Source: an uncultured Eubacteriales bacterium (GTDB lineage: Bacteria > Bacillota > Clostridia > Oscillospirales > Oscillospiraceae). Taken from it: a stretch of 62,146 nucleotides of DNA. The stretch is taken from positions 1-62,146 of the forward strand of contig URLT01000001.1 of NCBI GenBank assembly GCA_900548795.1. Direction: 5' to 3'. This document shows positions 58,541-62,146 of the stretch, piece by piece. Both the position numbers and the translations under genes were made by a program. Below the pieces are notes generated by a model that saw only the letters and a program-made list of their open reading frames with translations, did no database searches and was not told where the DNA came from. Every line of letters starts with the position of its first letter. The stretch's first letter is position 1.

Positions 58541-59638
58541 ATGTCCGAAGTTTTTGAAGATAAGGTCGTAAAGATCAAGGTCATCGGCGTCGGCGGCGCG
58601 GGAAACAACGTCGTCAACCGCATGATCGCCAGCCGCATCGGCGGCGTGGAGTTCATGGTCGTCAATACCGACCGTCAGGATCTGAACAAATCCAAGTGCG
58701 AGAATAAGCTCCAGATCGGCGAGAAGCTGACCGGCGGCATGGGCGCTGGCTCCAAGCCCGAGATCGGCAAAAAGTCCGCTGAGGAGAGCCGCGCGGCCAT
58801 TTCCAAGGTGCTTGAGGGCACTGATATGGTCTTCATCACCGCCGGCATGGGCGGCGGCACCGGCACGGGCGCCGCGCCGATCATTGCCGATCTGGCGCAT
58901 GAGGCCGGCATCCTGACCGTCGGCGTCGTCACGAAGCCCTTCCGCTTCGAGGGCGCCAACCGCATGAAGCAGGCCGAGGAGGGCATCGCCGCGCTGGGCA
59001 GCAAGGTCGACTCTCTCATCATCATCCCGAACGACCGCCTGAAATACGTCACCGACCAGAAGATCACCTTTGCCAACGCGTTCGGCATTGCTGACGACGT
59101 GCTCAAGCAGGCCGTGATGTCCATCTCCGAGCTGGTCGGCTATTCCGACCGCGTCATTATCAATCTCGACTTTGCCGACGTCTCCGCCGTCATGAAAAAC
59201 GCGGGTCGCGCGCATATGGGCGTCGGCACGGCCGGCGGCCGCGAGAAGGCCGAGCAGGCCGCCATGGCCGCCGTGGCCAGCCCGCTGCTCGAAACGTCCA
59301 TCAACGGCGCAACGGGCGTGCTCATCAACGTGACCGGCTCTGCCGATCTCGAGCTTGACGACGTCGAGACCGCCGCCAACATCGTCATGGAGGCTGCCAA
59401 TCCCGAGGCCAACATCATCTTCGGTGCGACCTTCTCCGAGGAGTTCGAGGACGAAATGCGCGTCACCGTGATCGCAACCGGCTTTGACGACAAGAAGCAG
59501 CCCGAGAGCGCTCCTGCGCGCGGCGTGTTCTCCGCAGCGGCGGGCAAGTCTGCCTCCGCGCCCTCCAAGGATAAGCCGAAGGTCGATACCTCCAACATCG
59601 ACGACATCGACGAGATCTTCAAGATCTTCAATAAGTAA
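58541..59638 (+). CDS. ftsZ: Cell division protein FtsZ
   Basis: GVGGAGNN, AGMGGGTGTG, INLDFADV, VTVIATG; SD AGGAGG. Confidence 0.98.
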   Translation: MSEVFEDKVVKIKVIGVGGAGNNVVNRMIASRIGGVEFMVVNTDRQDLNKSKCENKLQIGEKLTGGMGAGSKPEIGKKSAEESRAAISKVLEGTDMVFITAGMGGGTGTGAAPIIADLAHEAGILTVGVVTKPFRFEGANRMKQAEEGIAALGSKVDSLIIIPNDRLKYVTDQKITFANAFGIADDVLKQAVMSISELVGYSDRVIINLDFADVSAVMKNAGRAHMGVGTAGGREKAEQAAMAAVASPLLETSINGATGVLINVTGSADLELDDVETAANIVMEAANPEANIIFGATFSEEFEDEMRVTVIATGFDDKKQPESAPARGVFSAAAGKSASAPSKDKPKVDTSNIDDIDEIFKIFNK

Positions 59639-59643
59639 GACCC

Positions 59644-59682
59644 GAGGGGCCGCAGCAGGAGAATGCCTGCCGCGGCCCCTTT
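59644..59682 (+). terminator. ftsZ terminator
   Basis: AGGGGCCGCAGCAGG...CCTGCCGCGGCCCCT then TT. Confidence 0.65.
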
Positions 59683-59721
59683 AGCAAGGCTCTGCCGGAG
59701 GCACGCTGCCCGGCACGCACC

Positions 59722-59775
59722 CTGATACGGATTCTTGATTAAAATATTGAATCAAGAATCCGTATCAGAGGCTCC
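59722..59775. repeat. Type B palindromic micro-element with one IS5-like end
   Basis: CTGATACGGATTCTTGATT-N9-AATCAAGAATCCGTATCAG continuing AGGCTCC, then CTAA. Confidence 0.8.
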
Positions 59776-59854
59776 CTAAATCGAAGCGCCGGAGGCTGTC
59801 GACCCGCCGAATCATCCCCGGCTCGACTTTTTTTCAAAAAAACGAAAAAAAAGC

Positions 59855-59883
59855 TTGCTTTTTAGGAAAGGATCTGCTATAAT
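59855..59883 (+). promoter_or_regulatory. SigA promoter of the tRNA gene
   Basis: TTGCTT-17 nt-TATAAT with TGn and an upstream A-tract. Confidence 0.7.
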
Positions 59884-59964
59884 ACCCATGCGCTTGAGAG
59901 AGCGCTGCGGAGGAGTTGCCCTCCGCGATAACCAATTTACAAACAACTCAACGCAATATCATAT

Positions 59965-60040
<76 letters not shown>

Positions 60041-60056
60041 AAAGCTCGAAAGAGTG

Positions 60057-60097
60057 AAGAAAAACCTTGAAATCGTATGATTTCAAGGTTTTTTCTT
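60057..60097. terminator. Terminator after tRNA-Ala
   Basis: AAAAACCTTGAAATC-GTAT-GATTTCAAGGTTTTT. Confidence 0.8.
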
Positions 60098-60162
60098 AAT
60101 GACCCTCCGCGTATTGAGCGGCTTGCTGCTGCCCGACAAGCGGGGGTTTTTATGTGCATTGC

Positions 60163-60376
60163 AGCGGTCGAGGCGCTATTTCCTCCGAGCGGTCGAGACG
60201 GTATTTTCTCCGCGCGGTCGGGGCGTTATTTTCTCCGAGCGGTCGAGGCGCTATTTCCTCCGAGCGGTCGAGGCGCTATTTCCTCCGAGCGGTCGAGACG
60301 GTATTTTCTTCGAGCGGTCAGGGCGGTATTTTCTCCGCGCGGCAGAGGCACTATTTCTTTCGTGCGGTCGAGGCAC
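60163..60376. repeat. Tandem array of eight full and one partial 25-bp units
   Basis: Commonest unit AGCGGTCGAGGCGCTATTTCCTCCG; units start at 60163, 60188, 60213, 60238, 60263, 60288, 60313, 60338, 60363. Confidence 0.92.
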
Positions 60377-60773
60377 GGGGCTTGACCTGAAGCAGGATCA
60401 GCACCATGCTGACGCCGAGCAGAATATGGCCGATGCCTGCAAGCCCGGAGATGGCTGCATCCGCGGCCGAAGAGAGGCTGCTGCCCAGAACCTGCGTTAC
60501 GCCGCGCGCGAGCATCATAACGGCGGTGAGATTCAGGCCGATGTGGTATACTACCATCATCCGTGCCGTTTTTGGTCTGGTGAAGGAAAAGCCCTTTTCC
60601 AGAAGAAGCAGCATCAGGAAGAACAGCATTCCCAGAAGGAAATAGTGCGTGTGTACCACGGAAAGGGCGCTTTTGCCGGTAAAGTGGTTGAATTTGGTGA
60701 ACTCGCGGTAAAAGACGCCGCCCGCCATTGCAAGAATGGCGTATAGGATCGATGCGTTTCGGTAGCGTTTCAT
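60351..60773 (-). CDS. DUF2871-like membrane protein
   Basis: YAILAMAGGVFYREFTK, VHTHYFLLG, AISGLAGIGHI; SD AAGGAG. Confidence 0.85.
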   Translation of the reverse strand: MKRYRNASILYAILAMAGGVFYREFTKFNHFTGKSALSVVHTHYFLLGMLFFLMLLLLEKGFSFTRPKTARMMVVYHIGLNLTAVMMLARGVTQVLGSSLSSAADAAISGLAGIGHILLGVSMVLILLQVKPRASTARKK

Positions 60774-60930
60774 GGCGTTCTCTCCTTTTCTTTTTTTCGC
60801 CGGGGACAGACGGCTCAAAGCGCCTGCGATCGCGCTTTGCCCGAAAGGGACGCACGGTCGCGCGAACACTCGGCCAAGCGCTCCCCGCGGGGTCGCTGCC
60901 TCGCGTGAGCGCCGCGCAACGTCGCCCGCA

Positions 60931-61038
60931 GGACGGCTTCTGATACTGATTTTTGATTAAAATAATGAATCGAGAATCCCGTGTGCTGCGCACTCGCATC
61001 GTGCGAATGCACGCTGCGCCGTCTCATTCAGAGGTTCC
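60931..61038. mobile_element. Composite MITE remnant: type B palindrome plus an intact IS5-type end
   Basis: TCTGATACTGATTTTTGATTAAAATAATGAATCGAGAATC ... ATTCAGAGGTTCC followed by TTAA. Confidence 0.65.
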
Positions 61039-61133
61039 TTAAGGTTCATCACAAGCGTTACGCAACCTGTGTTGATATATTCCGGGTTCATTGCTCCGTC
61101 CATGTGGGCAGTATGTTTCCGGCAGAGCCTCCT

Positions 61134-61817
61134 TTACCATTTCAAGTCGATTGGCAGGATCATATACTTACAGCTCCACGAAGTATGCTCCGTCTTCCAA
61201 GCAGCGTCTGCGGCTGGCCATTCTTCATAGGTGTAATAATAGTAGATCGGTGCTTTTCCGCTTGACAAGGGAAAGCGCTGCTCGATCACGACCCCGTCCT
61301 CCGCAAGTATGCAAAGGTAGGTATTCATTGCGTTTTCGCAGCATATATACGCGATCGTATTCAGCGAATCAATCTGACACATCGACAGCGGCACCGCCGC
61401 AGAAGGATAAAAGGCAGCATCGTCCTCAAGCGCCCGGATTTCATCCAGCGTCGGAAAGTTGCGATCTACGCCGATGATGTTTTGCACCGTTCCCTCCTCG
61501 TCCGTAAACACATAGCAGCGGCGTCTGTTCCCTTGCACAATGTAATAAAACCGATCCTGCGCGATCTGGCGCTTGCACTCCAGCTTGACGTGTGCCTCAT
61601 CGGCCAGATCCTCAACATGGACGTCGCCGAAGCCGTCGCGGACGTCGAAAACCGCTTCGAGCATGTAGGTCTGTTCTAAGGAATAGTCCTTCGTGATCAG
61701 CTCGTTTGCCGGCGTGACATTGTCGACCTTCACCGGCCCCGGAACAACTGTGTATGCGAAAACGACCGCCAGCGCCATCACGAGCAGCAGGCATATCATA
61801 AGCAAACGCTTTTTCAT
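61134..61817 (-). CDS. Hypothetical secreted or membrane-anchored protein (227 aa); paralogue of 1..531
   Basis: SD GGAGG; signal-like MKKRLLMICLLLVMALAVVFAY; homology to the ORF at 1..531. Confidence 0.8.
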   Translation of the reverse strand: MKKRLLMICLLLVMALAVVFAYTVVPGPVKVDNVTPANELITKDYSLEQTYMLEAVFDVRDGFGDVHVEDLADEAHVKLECKRQIAQDRFYYIVQGNRRRCYVFTDEEGTVQNIIGVDRNFPTLDEIRALEDDAAFYPSAAVPLSMCQIDSLNTIAYICCENAMNTYLCILAEDGVVIEQRFPLSSGKAPIYYYYTYEEWPAADAAWKTEHTSWSCKYMILPIDLKW

Positions 61818-61987
61818 GTTTTCCCCTCCGTCATGGTGTATAAAGGTTTTTGAAAAAGAGGTATCCTTGGTCGATATTGGTAGATAATGCGTCATGTATG
61901 AGTCCCCAGCCGCAGGCCACGAGAACCGGTATGCAAAGTGCATGGAATACCGCAGCGCAAATATACGGTATCAAAATCTTTTTCTTG

Positions 61988-62146
61988 GGAACCTCTGATT
62001 CAATCGCAAGAGCGGTCAGCGAGGGATTTTGTTCCAAATTGAGGTTTGGAAATCGCAGGAATCCTTTTCGTATTTCAAGATTTTCAAACCAATCAGTTGG
62101 GGCAAAAGACCCACTGAGCGCCGCTGCCGATTGATTCAGAGGTTCC
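61988..62146. mobile_element. 159-bp MITE (type A), inverted copy of 588..747
   Basis: GGAACCTCTGATTCAATCG...CGATTGATTCAGAGGTTCC; about 7 differences from the first copy; the window ends exactly at the TIR. Confidence 0.88.

Noticed and set aside
60163..60376. Possible CRISPR array
   Set aside because: Units are head-to-tail with no unique spacers, and there are no cas genes in the window
61831..61987. Degenerate tail of a third paralogue (...WPAAGDSYMTHYLPI...) cut by the MITE
   Set aside because: The similarity is too short and needs a frameshift; cannot be supported without a profile search
60041..62146. Prophage or ICE integrated at tRNA-Ala
   Set aside because: No integrase, and I found no duplicate of the tRNA 3' end in the window

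Overview
A GC-rich chromosomal region from a Clostridia-class Firmicute, most likely Oscillospiraceae-like (inferred from SLH proteins, the large Alu-type SRP RNA and gene order). From left to right: the tail of an unknown gene plus a MITE; galE and a NUDIX gene; three large S-layer-homology (SLH)-anchored nucleotidase/phosphatase genes; rfbA with a radical-SAM pair; a maltodextrin ABC/LacI/malQ locus; pepT, ackA, tmcAL; rpmE, hflX, yigZ, dgt, dnaG, rpoD, acp; SRP RNA; an NCS2 permease; a Y-family polymerase with a YolD-like gene; an internally deleted IS5; a TetR-ABC exporter; the dcw cluster from mraZ to ftsZ; tRNA-Ala(GGC); a 25-bp tandem array; a DUF2871-like gene; a second unknown gene plus a MITE. 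The two best candidates for something undescribed are these. (1) Surface-anchored multi-enzyme proteins that combine CpdB/UshA-type nucleotidase modules with a repeated two-domain unit: a domain resembling the SAM hydrolase/fluorinase C-terminal barrel followed by an HCxxGxDR phosphatase. (2) A family of non-autonomous elements of at least three designs, all sharing the GGAACCTCTGA ends of the resident IS5; they sit next to two divergent paralogues of an unknown secreted protein in a cassette-like arrangement. All family assignments come from motif recognition by eye; no database searches were run.
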